From NCBI GenBank assembly GCA_049423385.1, contig JBMSQQ010000053.1, positions 1 to 23,839 on the forward strand: 23,839 bases of DNA, written 5' to 3'. The DNA comes from Silvanigrellaceae bacterium (GTDB lineage: Bacteria; Bdellovibrionota_B; Oligoflexia; Silvanigrellales; Silvanigrellaceae). Position numbers and translations under genes: made by a program. The notes under the pieces were generated by a model. That model had not been told where the DNA came from and ran no database searches. It was given only the letters and a program-made list of their open reading frames with translations. Below, piece by piece: positions 1 through 7,402 of the stretch (within the stretch, counting starts at the first letter, position 1; each line of letters opens with the position of its first letter).

Positions 1-132
1 ATATGATCAAATCTCGTCTTAATGCCACACCATTAGTACTACAGATTCCAATTGGCGCAGAGGCTGACTTCCTAGGAGTTGTTGATTTAATTGCAATGAA
101 AGCATTGGTGTGGCCAGGAGAAACTAAAAAGG
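1..132 (+). other. fusA: Internal fragment of elongation factor G, apparently foreign (actinobacterial-like); probable chimeric contig end
   Basis: The frame starting at 3 reads [43 protein letters not shown], matching the EF-G G-domain segment (xxRLxAxPxxxQxPIGAExxFxGVVDLxxMKAxxW). Similarity ends abruptly at ~132 and a stop follows within 10 codons. Codons here are mostly A/T-ending, unlike the rest of the window. Not in the ORF track. Confidence 0.85.
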
Positions 133-680
133 CTGCGTGGCATCGGAAATTGAGATGACGAGCCTGCGGAGAGGATGATGGCTTCGTCGCGGTTTCTGGC
201 GAAATCCTCGGGTTTCAGGTTCCACGAATGGGCTGAAACCGTGTTTTCACCAATGAGAAGCAAAACATGGCTGCGCAAATGGCTGGCACTGTCCTTCAGA
301 GCCACGATTTTGGTTCGTGCCACAATGTTTGCAATTCGAGTTCCCGGTTTGGGTTGAATGCTGATTCGGATCGCGCATTCGCTGAGTCCCGATGGCTTTG
401 TTGCGAGGTTGAGTTCCAACCTCTCAAACTCAACAATGGCTTGATAAGAGTCGCCGGTTGTGTGTTTGATTTTGACATCGTTGGATGGTTTGTCTTTTGA
501 AGACTTGCAGCCCGAGCCAAATGCCAGCCAGTCGAGAATCTTGATTTGAGCCTCGCTTGTGCTCTGAGGGGCTGTTCTGGGCAGCTTCCCTTCCGCGGGC
601 GATTGCAAAAAGAAAATTCCCAGGGTGCTCAACAGAATTGAGACAAATTTGCGAAACAACGGGAGTTTGTTTGAAATCAT
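87..680 (-). CDS. Exported protein, DUF4360-like; C-terminus probably truncated or artefactual at the ~132 junction
   Basis: ORF track 87..752; preferred start is ATG 680 ([25 protein letters not shown], signal-peptide-like). AFGSGC, VEFERL and [14 protein letters not shown] recall the DUF4360 pattern (GSGC...F...NC.l...P.G). The last ~15 aa are antisense to the fusA fragment. Confidence 0.55.
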   Translation of the reverse strand: MISNKLPLFRKFVSILLSTLGIFFLQSPAEGKLPRTAPQSTSEAQIKILDWLAFGSGCKSSKDKPSNDVKIKHTTGDSYQAIVEFERLELNLATKPSGLSECAIRISIQPKPGTRIANIVARTKIVALKDSASHLRSHVLLLIGENTVSAHSWNLKPEDFARNRDEAIILSAGSSSQFPMPRSLFSFSWPHQCFHCN

Positions 681-708
681 CCTTGCGTTCCCCGCTTTTC
701 CGAATGCC

Positions 709-734
709 ACATCGGGTCTGGACAGATGCCTTGA
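709..734 (-). promoter_or_regulatory. Putative sigma28 (FliA)-like promoter of the DUF4360-like gene
   Basis: Minus strand TCAAG-N13-CCCGATGT, ~29 nt upstream of ATG 680; spacer is one base shorter than in the best copies. Confidence 0.4.
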
Positions 735-766
735 CGCCTGATCTAACACCATGAATTTTCAAAAAC

Positions 767-794
767 TAAAGTTTTTTCCTCATGCTGCCGAAAA
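767..794 (+). promoter_or_regulatory. Putative sigma28 (FliA)-like promoter of the lipoprotein gene
   Basis: TAAAGTTT-N12-GCCGAAAA versus the enteric consensus TAAAGTTT-N11-GCCGATAA. GGAGG RBS at 810-814 and ATG at 823 follow. Confidence 0.55.
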
Positions 795-822
795 CTAAAG
801 AGTTTTGTGGGAGGTTCGACTC

Positions 823-1542
823 ATGCAACTGCCTCTTCTCCTCTTGTTTTCCGCGCTTGCTCTCGCGGGTCAGGCCTGCAACAAAACTGTTGTGTCCGAC
901 AAGGTAGTGCCAGTAAAGACTCCCGACACTTCGCCAGCAACAGGCTCGGGAAACATCGATGGCCAGACTCCTGATGCGAAATCAAGAATTCGCATCAGCA
1001 AAGCGAATTGTGATGCAGAGAGAAAAACTCTTTTTCAGGTCAAGGTTGCTGGTTTGGTCGGTACGGAATGGATTCGCATGACCTGCGAAGAAATCAAGAG
1101 TGGCAAGGAATTCGAAGTCGATTCAAAAAAAGGGTATTGCAACGTTTTGCAGTTGAAGGCGGATGTTTCCTTCGAAAAGACGAATGCGAACGGCACCGTG
1201 ACAAAGGAAAACTACACCCGTTCATCAGCCAATTTGTCGGACAAGGTGTTTTTCAAGATTGAGCCTGGGTCTGATGCGGGAACCCTGAGTGCGCTCAGGA
1301 TCAAATTTGAAGACACCAATGATGACTATTGGAACAAGGCTTACCAATACTGCACCACCAACCCCAACGGCGTGATTGAAATGGTTCCCATCACTGGAGT
1401 CATGAAACAGGAATGCCAATCATTCATCAGTGATCCCGGAATGGCAGTCGACTTCAACGATTTTGTTTTTTCGATTCAAAGCAGCGATATTCAATTCGCC
1501 GTGGAAAACCAGCCGGGGATCGGTTGCAAGCTGGGTCAATGA
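823..1542 (+). CDS. Cysteine-containing lipoprotein with a split FED...DFND (DUF4114-like, putative Ca-binding) motif
   Basis: GGAGG precedes ATG 823. Signal MQLPLLLLFSALALAGQA-C has a lipobox Cys, followed by a P/T/S linker, IKFEDTNDDY and VDFNDFVFSI; six further Cys. Confidence 0.7.
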   Translation: MQLPLLLLFSALALAGQACNKTVVSDKVVPVKTPDTSPATGSGNIDGQTPDAKSRIRISKANCDAERKTLFQVKVAGLVGTEWIRMTCEEIKSGKEFEVDSKKGYCNVLQLKADVSFEKTNANGTVTKENYTRSSANLSDKVFFKIEPGSDAGTLSALRIKFEDTNDDYWNKAYQYCTTNPNGVIEMVPITGVMKQECQSFISDPGMAVDFNDFVFSIQSSDIQFAVENQPGIGCKLGQ

Positions 1543-2237
1543 GAGTCAATCAGGGAACGGCAGCGTGAAAATATTTCATCAAAGGCTTTTTCATCCAGTT
1601 TGCCGGTGAAGGTGTTTTGTTGGCTAGGATGATAGCTGGCAAGCAAGAAAATTCCACTTGAAAGCATCGTCCCGCAACCATGTCCAAAGTCGATGCGTTC
1701 GGATTTTTGAGCCAATCCCTGTTTTTCAAGAACCGTCCATGCGTTCTTCCAGGCGATCTGCCCCAATGCGAGGACAACTTTTTTTGCACTGGCATTTTGC
1801 AGCGTTTCTTCGAGGAATGGCCTGCAATTCTGGACTTCGTCGGGTGTGGGTTTGTTGTCTGGCGGTGCGCAATGACAGACTGCGGTCACGAGGCAATCGA
1901 AGAGTTCGAGGCCATCATTGCGTTGCAATGATTCCGGTTGACTTGCAAATCCTGCCTTGTGCAGGGCGCGGTAGAGCCATACCCCACTCTGGTCGCCGGT
2001 GAACATCCGCCCTGTCCTGTTGGCTCCATGGGCTGCAGGTGCCAATCCGACGATCACGAGGCGCGCAGACTCATCTCCAAAATTTGGAACTGGCTTGCCC
2101 CAATACTCCCAATCGGAAAACATCTTCTTTTTGACTTTGGCTATATTGAGGCAGTGTTCGCGCAAACGCGAACACCCTGTGCATTGGATGATCCTTTGCT
2201 CCAGGGTGTTCATGTTGTGAGTCATGTCGACGGGCAT
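1536..2237 (-). CDS. udgB: Uracil-DNA glycosylase family 5 (4Fe-4S)
   Basis: CTGCSRL cluster ligands, motif A GLAPAAHGANRTGRMFTGD, CAPPDNKP...C, and motif B YHPSQQN. The start could also be a downstream Met. Confidence 0.92.
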   Translation of the reverse strand: MPVDMTHNMNTLEQRIIQCTGCSRLREHCLNIAKVKKKMFSDWEYWGKPVPNFGDESARLVIVGLAPAAHGANRTGRMFTGDQSGVWLYRALHKAGFASQPESLQRNDGLELFDCLVTAVCHCAPPDNKPTPDEVQNCRPFLEETLQNASAKKVVLALGQIAWKNAWTVLEKQGLAQKSERIDFGHGCGTMLSSGIFLLASYHPSQQNTFTGKLDEKAFDEIFSRCRSLIDSH

Positions 2238-2258
2238 TCGACCGGTTGTTGAAGACGG

Positions 2259-3167
2259 TTACTTTTTCTTGTCGATTTCTGCACCGATATTGATGCCCAA
2301 CAGCTTCACGGTTTTGCGGATACCATCGTAATCGCTGTCCTTGACTTCAGCAAAGGCATCGGAGTTGTTGATTCCCCTGAAGGCATCTGGAAGCTTGCCG
2401 ACACAGGTCTGGAATGCCTTGGCAATTTTGGCTTTCGACTCTGCTGGAATTTCCTTGCGGATGACAACAGGATCATTTGGAATATCTTCCGTCAGGGTGA
2501 CGATTTTCACTTTGTCTTCAACATCGGGAAACTGTGTTTTGACCTTCTCCCGTGCATCCTTGATCTTTCCATCGACAGGCTTGTTGTAAAAGACAGCACC
2601 TGCATCGACTTGGCCCTGATAGACGGCAGTGACCACTGCGTCATGTTTGCCTTGAAAGACCTCCTGGGAGGGCTTCACTTTTGAGTCGAGAAAAAGCTTT
2701 TTTGGGAGGATGTATCCTGAGGTCGATGCGGGGTCGACGTAGGCGATCTTTTTACCGTTCAAGTCGTTCACGGTTTTGATGTTCTTGTCTGTGCGTGCAA
2801 GGATCGCTGCACGGTAGGTTGTTTCACCGTGACGCGACGCCTTCAACAATGCTTCTGCACCGTACTTCTCGTGAGCAAGCAAGTATCCGAATGTAGGCAG
2901 AAACGCGATATCGACTTTTTTTGAACCCATTCCTTCGATGGCGACGATGTAGCTGTTGGGTACAGAGATGTCGAAGGTCATCGATGTTTCTTTCTCAAGA
3001 CACTGCGCGACTGGCTTCATGCTCGAGAGAATTTTGGTCGAGTCTGTTGAGGGAACCATCACAAGTTTAAGAGGGTTTTTCCGCGTTCCAATTTTTGGCT
3101 CTTCTGCGCGAGCAACAGGAACAACGAGAGCGGACAGTGCAATCGACAGGCAAAAGCGACTAAGCAT
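2259..3167 (-). CDS. phnD: Phosphate/phosphite/phosphonate ABC substrate-binding protein (PhnD family)
   Basis: Signal peptide ending ARA; motifs SYIVAIEGM, KVDIAFL, DLNGKKIAYVDPASTSGYILP, GKHDAVVTAV, IPNDPVVIRK and DSDYD. GGAGGG lies 7 nt before ATG 3167 (the ORF track starts at 3182). Confidence 0.88.
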   Translation of the reverse strand: MLSRFCLSIALSALVVPVARAEEPKIGTRKNPLKLVMVPSTDSTKILSSMKPVAQCLEKETSMTFDISVPNSYIVAIEGMGSKKVDIAFLPTFGYLLAHEKYGAEALLKASRHGETTYRAAILARTDKNIKTVNDLNGKKIAYVDPASTSGYILPKKLFLDSKVKPSQEVFQGKHDAVVTAVYQGQVDAGAVFYNKPVDGKIKDAREKVKTQFPDVEDKVKIVTLTEDIPNDPVVIRKEIPAESKAKIAKAFQTCVGKLPDAFRGINNSDAFAEVKDSDYDGIRKTVKLLGINIGAEIDKKK

Positions 3168-3272
3168 TTGAAATCCCTCCATGAGACGAGCCCGGCTTGG
3201 GCTTTACCGGAGAGTTTTCAAATTTTCAAGGAAAGTTGGGATTCTGAAGCTGGACGGCTGAACTTGAAGTCC

Positions 3273-4943
3273 TCAGGCAGCCGATTTTTTTGAGTTATTT
3301 TTAACTTTGTTCAACAAGGCTTGAGCCTCTGGCGAGCCCTCTTCTGGGTGCGAGTAAAAGCACGCCTCGACCTGCTCTTTTGTAAAGAATTCAGAGCTGC
3401 ATGCGCTACAGCAGTATTTCGCATTGTTTCTGCGGTAGGGTTTCATTCCATCTTTTCTCAGAAACACGGTGGAACCTGCGGACTCCTGAATGGCATCCGA
3501 AACTGCATCCAAAAGGTTTTCATCGATTTTCACCATTTTTTCTTTCAGAATCTTGGCGTCTTTGGCGGAAAGTTGTAGTTCCTGATCATTGGAACTTGTT
3601 TGCAACAGCGCAAGAACATCGGCAGCGAGTACATTGGTTTCTGGTTGATCTGCAACGTTTGCAAAATCCGATGCCTCGGCAAATGCATTTGTGGAGTCGT
3701 CTGTATTTCCACCCACCAATGCCAAACTGAAGTCATCCATGGAGGAGTCACTTTTCAGTTCATCCAAAGCTGATTTTTCCGGGGGGCTGACTTCACTGCT
3801 TGTCGACGCAATGGCAAGCATGGAAAGAGCCGATTCAGAAGGTGCGGAATCATTGCTTGCCTCCAATTCATGATTTTCGTTGGGTTCAGAGCTTGCCGAC
3901 AAGTCCAGCGAATTTTCGTTCGAGAGTGTCTCCTGGAGGTCTTCGGACAGAGACATTTCAGGTTCCTGCAGAGACAAATCTGACTGCTGTTCTGAATCTC
4001 CACTTTCAAGCAGTGCTGATACACCCTCGTTTTCTGCTTGAGCTTCCGACGATGATCCCAGAGGCATTTGAACTTCAGCTGTTGAACCGGCGGGTTCAGG
4101 TTCATTTTGAATGTCCATGTCCGCCATCAAATTGCTTTCCAATTCCATTTCATCGATGGATTGAACTGGCTCGGACTGCTGAACTTCAATTTTCGGCAGA
4201 GTTGGAATTTGCGTTTCTGCAGGAGCCTCTGCATGCGTTTGTGCAGGAGCCTCTGCATGCGTTTGTGCAGGAGCCTCTGCATGCGTTTGTGCAGGGTGCT
4301 CTGTAACTTGATTCAACATCAAGCCGTCTTGTGGAGGAATGAACTTCGCATTTGGTTCCGCGGACTCGGTTTCATGATGTCTTGCTGCATCGGAAACAAC
4401 GGCTCTCGTGATTGGTTTTTCCGGAAGATCAACCTGCCGTCCCATCGCTTCCTGTTCGCGTGTCAGGGTCACCAACATTTTGGTATGTTCTGAAAATGGG
4501 TCAATCCGTTGCAGTGGGCGAACGCCGTGGGCTTGGAGGCGTTGGACGTAGCGAATTTGCACCTTCCTCAACGCAGCTTCGAATTGTGGAGTTGGCCTCA
4601 TTCGGTTCAGACAGCGTTCAAAGCATTCCTCGGCGTCGTCGGAATTGGCAAAACCTTTTCCACAGGCCGTGCAGGCATGGTGTGAAGGAGCGTCGCCGTT
4701 GCTGCGGCCCGATGGGCTGCGCAGCCTCAGTTCAATCGTGCAGCGGCCAAGGCAGTCGAATGCGGGTTCCAGCTTGGAATGAAGCCGGCCGCAAAGACCA
4801 CAAACAAATCCGGCCTTTACTCGGAAAACGCGAGGCTCGCCTGGGCTCATGAGATTGCGTCTCTGCGCCAAAGGGGCAGTCGACTCGAGCGCGTTTGCGC
4901 CCTTGTTTGCCGGTTCCAGCAAGCTTCTCAGGTCTTTAGCCAT
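3273..4943 (-). CDS. Hypothetical protein with three C2H2-spaced Cys-rich zinc fingers and a long acidic low-complexity linker
   Basis: Three C-x2-C-x12-C-x3-[C/H] motifs; E/S/D-rich central region. GAGG precedes ATG 4943 (alternative start 4958). Confidence 0.75.
   Translation of the reverse strand: MAKDLRSLLEPANKGANALESTAPLAQRRNLMSPGEPRVFRVKAGFVCGLCGRLHSKLEPAFDCLGRCTIELRLRSPSGRSNGDAPSHHACTACGKGFANSDDAEECFERCLNRMRPTPQFEAALRKVQIRYVQRLQAHGVRPLQRIDPFSEHTKMLVTLTREQEAMGRQVDLPEKPITRAVVSDAARHHETESAEPNAKFIPPQDGLMLNQVTEHPAQTHAEAPAQTHAEAPAQTHAEAPAETQIPTLPKIEVQQSEPVQSIDEMELESNLMADMDIQNEPEPAGSTAEVQMPLGSSSEAQAENEGVSALLESGDSEQQSDLSLQEPEMSLSEDLQETLSNENSLDLSASSEPNENHELEASNDSAPSESALSMLAIASTSSEVSPPEKSALDELKSDSSMDDFSLALVGGNTDDSTNAFAEASDFANVADQPETNVLAADVLALLQTSSNDQELQLSAKDAKILKEKMVKIDENLLDAVSDAIQESAGSTVFLRKDGMKPYRRNNAKYCCSACSSEFFTKEQVEACFYSHPEEGSPEAQALLNKVKNNSKKSAA
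4218..4295. repeat. In-frame 24-bp tandem repeat, 3 perfect copies plus a partial copy (encodes PAQTHAEA on the minus strand)
   Basis: TGCAGGAGCCTCTGCATGCGTTTG at 4218, 4242 and 4266, then TGCAGG at 4290. Confidence 0.97.
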
Positions 4944-4978
4944 AGATGCCTCATACAATAACGAGCCATTCGCGCGTT

Positions 4979-5005
4979 ATATCGGTTGAATCGGGACGGG
5001 GTTTA
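4979..5005 (-). promoter_or_regulatory. Putative sigma28 (FliA)-like promoter of the zinc-finger gene
   Basis: Minus strand TAAA-N15-ACCGATAT versus consensus TAAA-N15-GCCGATAA; exact spacing. Confidence 0.6.
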
Positions 5006-5075
5006 TGCCTAAAGTCCCATGTACGCGGAGTCGCTGACTTAATTTACTCCGCTGTTTACCGTCTTGGAGGGCGAG

Positions 5076-5357
5076 ATGCCTGTACTTACGATTAAAACAG
5101 ACAAGAAGACCATAGAAGTCGATAAGAATTCGGCCATCATCGATGTTTGCGAACATCATGACACAAGCATCCTTTTTGGTTGCCGCGATGGCGCTTGTGG
5201 CGCGTGCATGATCCGCGTCGTTGAACATCCGCAACACCTGAGCCCCATGGAAGAACACGAACGCGATTTCCTCGAGACGATGGCCGCCCGTGAAGATGAA
5301 CGACTTGCGTGCCAATGTCGGGTCCTGGGAGATGTCGTCATCGAAGTGTCAGAGTGA
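5076..5357 (+). CDS. 2Fe-2S ferredoxin
   Basis: CRDGACGAC...RLACQC cluster motif. GGAGG at 5066-5070 precedes ATG 5076. Confidence 0.93.
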   Translation: MPVLTIKTDKKTIEVDKNSAIIDVCEHHDTSILFGCRDGACGACMIRVVEHPQHLSPMEEHERDFLETMAAREDERLACQCRVLGDVVIEVSE

Positions 5358-6343
5358 TGGGCGTCCTTTTTGGTTCGCTTCGTTCCGGCCTGAAAGTTGA
5401 AAAATGGCATGGCGCCCGCAATGATTTCATCTTTGCAGAAGCAAACGCATTCTGGGCATCACTCGTGGATGTAAAAGATGAAGGGGCCATCGCCCGTATT
5501 GCTGTTGAACTCTGTGACCGTTCGGGTGGTCTTGGTGCAGATGGACTTGTTCTTTGGTTGAAGGAGTCATCTGGCGCTCTCTCCGCGGCGATTTGGAACA
5601 GTGATGGTTCGCGGGCTGGAACCTGCGGAAATGCGCTGCGCTGTTTGGCAGGCTTGAGTTTGGCGAACAAACTCTGGAGCGGAATCGGAGAATTTCCAGT
5701 TCATGAATTGAGCATCACACATGAGGGGCCGGCTCAGGGTTCAAAGGTTTTTGCCAAATTGCTCGAATGTTCGAACGTCGATTCCCGCGAACAGGATTTT
5801 CTGTCGAAAGTTGAAATGGGTGGTGTTGTAAAAAATCGTCCTGTGCCCCGCTCAGGTTTGAGCAGTGCGGCGTTCATCGGGGGAACCGTGGCACAGGAGA
5901 TCTTGTTGTCTGTGCTGCAGGACGCAACGTTTGTTGAACTTGCGAATCCTCACCTGGTGCTCACTCTCAAGCCCGACTCGTTCCGCAGATTTTCGAGCGA
6001 ACACTTCGTTGAACTGGGCACTCTTCTTCAATCCCAGGGGCTCTGCCAATCACTGGGCATGCCTGTTTCCAACATTGGTTTTGTTGAATTGCCCAACGAA
6101 AAGCAGATTCATTCAGGGCAAGCCCTGAATGCAATTGTTTTTGAACGAGGAGCTGGGCTGACACAATGTTGCGGTTCGGGTGGTTGTGCAATGAAGGTGG
6201 CTCTTGAAAATTCAAGAAGCTCCCAGGCTGGAACGCCAGAGAGCTTCTCCATGCCGGGTGGCATCATCACGATTTCAGGTGACCATCACGCGCTGCAATT
6301 GGCGGGCCCAGCTCAACGCGTTTGCCGGTTGACTCTGGAGTGA
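5357..6343 (+). CDS. dapF: Diaminopimelate epimerase
   Basis: KWHGARNDF, DRSGGLGADG, NSDGSRAGTCGNALRC, NPHLV, FERGAGLTQCCGSG and MPGG motifs. ATG overlaps the ferredoxin stop (TGATG). Confidence 0.88.
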   Translation: MGVLFGSLRSGLKVEKWHGARNDFIFAEANAFWASLVDVKDEGAIARIAVELCDRSGGLGADGLVLWLKESSGALSAAIWNSDGSRAGTCGNALRCLAGLSLANKLWSGIGEFPVHELSITHEGPAQGSKVFAKLLECSNVDSREQDFLSKVEMGGVVKNRPVPRSGLSSAAFIGGTVAQEILLSVLQDATFVELANPHLVLTLKPDSFRRFSSEHFVELGTLLQSQGLCQSLGMPVSNIGFVELPNEKQIHSGQALNAIVFERGAGLTQCCGSGGCAMKVALENSRSSQAGTPESFSMPGGIITISGDHHALQLAGPAQRVCRLTLE

Positions 6344-6369
6344 GGCTTTTTGTTTTTTGAACAAGAGCC
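6344..6369. terminator. Possible weak hairpin between convergent dapF and dksA
   Basis: Imperfect inverted repeat GGCTTTTTGTT...AACAAGAGCC immediately after the dapF stop. Confidence 0.3.
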
Positions 6370-6404
6370 CCGTCCTCATCTCAAAACATCGTCTAAAAAA
6401 GCAA

Positions 6405-6803
6405 TTACGCTCGACGACCGCGCTCAAGTTCTTCTTGATAGCGAAGTGAATAAAGAACCCAGGGTTGTACCTCGAGGCGTCTGTAGCCAATGGGTTCTCC
6501 GGTTCCCTCACAGAGGCCAAACGATCCGTCATTGGCTTCAATTTTTTTGAGAGCTTTTTCGACCAGGTTGAGCTTGTGTCGGTCGTGCTCTGCGAGCTTC
6601 ATTCCAACGTCCTGAGCTGTTTCGACGGAAGCAAGGTCAGCTTCGTCTGCCAGGTCGTCGCGGCTGATTTCGTACATTCCTTCAGCCTTTCGTTCGCGGG
6701 ATTTCTCATGGAGACCTTCCCTCGTTTTCAATAGGACCTCTTTCAGCTTCAGAACCTCGTCGGGAGTGAGTTCTTGTGCTTCTTTCGAGACCTTTGCCGC
6801 CAT
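6405..6803 (-). CDS. dksA: DksA/TraR-family RNA polymerase-binding factor, one-cysteine (zinc-independent-like) type
   Basis: Coiled coil with DEADLA (DxxDxA tip), then ALKKIE..GSFGLCEGTGEPIGYRRLEVQPW. Strong AGGAGG RBS. Confidence 0.9.
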   Translation of the reverse strand: MAAKVSKEAQELTPDEVLKLKEVLLKTREGLHEKSRERKAEGMYEISRDDLADEADLASVETAQDVGMKLAEHDRHKLNLVEKALKKIEANDGSFGLCEGTGEPIGYRRLEVQPWVLYSLRYQEELERGRRA

Positions 6804-6858
6804 ATCAGCAACCTCCTGCTGCGCTTATAGCTAATACCTTTATTGTTCGAGACGCTTT

Positions 6859-6895
6859 GGGGCGACGTTATGCACCACTCGCGCCTTTTTGTAAA
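6859..6895 (-). promoter_or_regulatory. Putative sigma70 promoter of dksA with a GC-rich discriminator
   Basis: Minus strand TTTACA-N17-CATAAC followed by GTCGCCCC. Confidence 0.5.
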
Positions 6896-6913
6896 CAATC
6901 CTTTGCAATGCCT

Positions 6914-6949
6914 ATAAATTAAGCTGTCTCTAAGTATCTTAGAGACAGC
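6914..6949 (-). terminator. Intrinsic terminator closing the glt cluster
   Basis: Perfect 12-bp stem GCTGTCTCTAAG / CTTAGAGACAGC (6923-6949, 3-nt loop), 30 nt after the gltF stop, followed on the minus strand by TTAATTTAT. Confidence 0.75.
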
Positions 6950-6979
6950 ATTGGGGAAATTGCAAGAGGTATGGGCGAA

Positions 6980-7402
6980 TTAATCCCCCAATCCGACCGC
7001 ATTGGAGGCTTCCAGCGCATGGACCTTGATGTTGTCCCGGAAATGACTTCGCAATTCGATGAGTGACTTGAAGCGGCCAGGTGCACGGCTTTGAATGACA
7101 AAACCATCCGGTGTCCGGGCTTTCCCTTCAATCGTCGTTTCACTGAAGTCGATGTGTTGGACTTTTCGCCCCCGGGCATCACGGGTGACTTTAACTTGCG
7201 CGCTGCTGTCCAGTGAGTTCGATGAACCTGAACCGGAAACACTTGCGGTTTGTCCTTGATTGCCAGTTGCAGCATCGGCTTTGGCCAAGCCAGCGCGCAA
7301 AATGATCACCAACACTATCGCAAGGAGAACAAGCCTGAGCCAAGGCAACAGTTTTTCGATGGGATAGCGGATGGGGCTGTGGGAATAGTGGATGGTTTTC
7401 AT
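6980..7402 (-). CDS. gltF: Gliding motility protein GltF/CglF homologue
   Basis: N-terminal hydrophobic segment, then IDFSETTIEGKARTPDG...RFKSLIELRSHF, the CglF-type IDF...IEG...P.G...F..LI..R..F pattern. 4-bp overlap with the upstream TPR gene. Confidence 0.75.
   Translation of the reverse strand: MKTIHYSHSPIRYPIEKLLPWLRLVLLAIVLVIILRAGLAKADAATGNQGQTASVSGSGSSNSLDSSAQVKVTRDARGRKVQHIDFSETTIEGKARTPDGFVIQSRAPGRFKSLIELRSHFRDNIKVHALEASNAVGLGD

Noticed and set aside
3183..3272. Pho box or sigma28 motif upstream of phnD
   Set aside because: No CTGTCAT-like 11-bp-period repeat; a TCAAG is present but lacks a CGA box at the right spacing.
4218..4295. Possible CRISPR array
   Set aside because: The repeats are directly adjacent with no spacers, are in frame within a CDS, and no cas genes are present.
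5010..5037. TAAAG-N15-GTCGCTGA as a sigma28 promoter for the ferredoxin-dapF pair
   Set aside because: The core CGA is broken (CGC) and the spacing is off by one; too weak to support.
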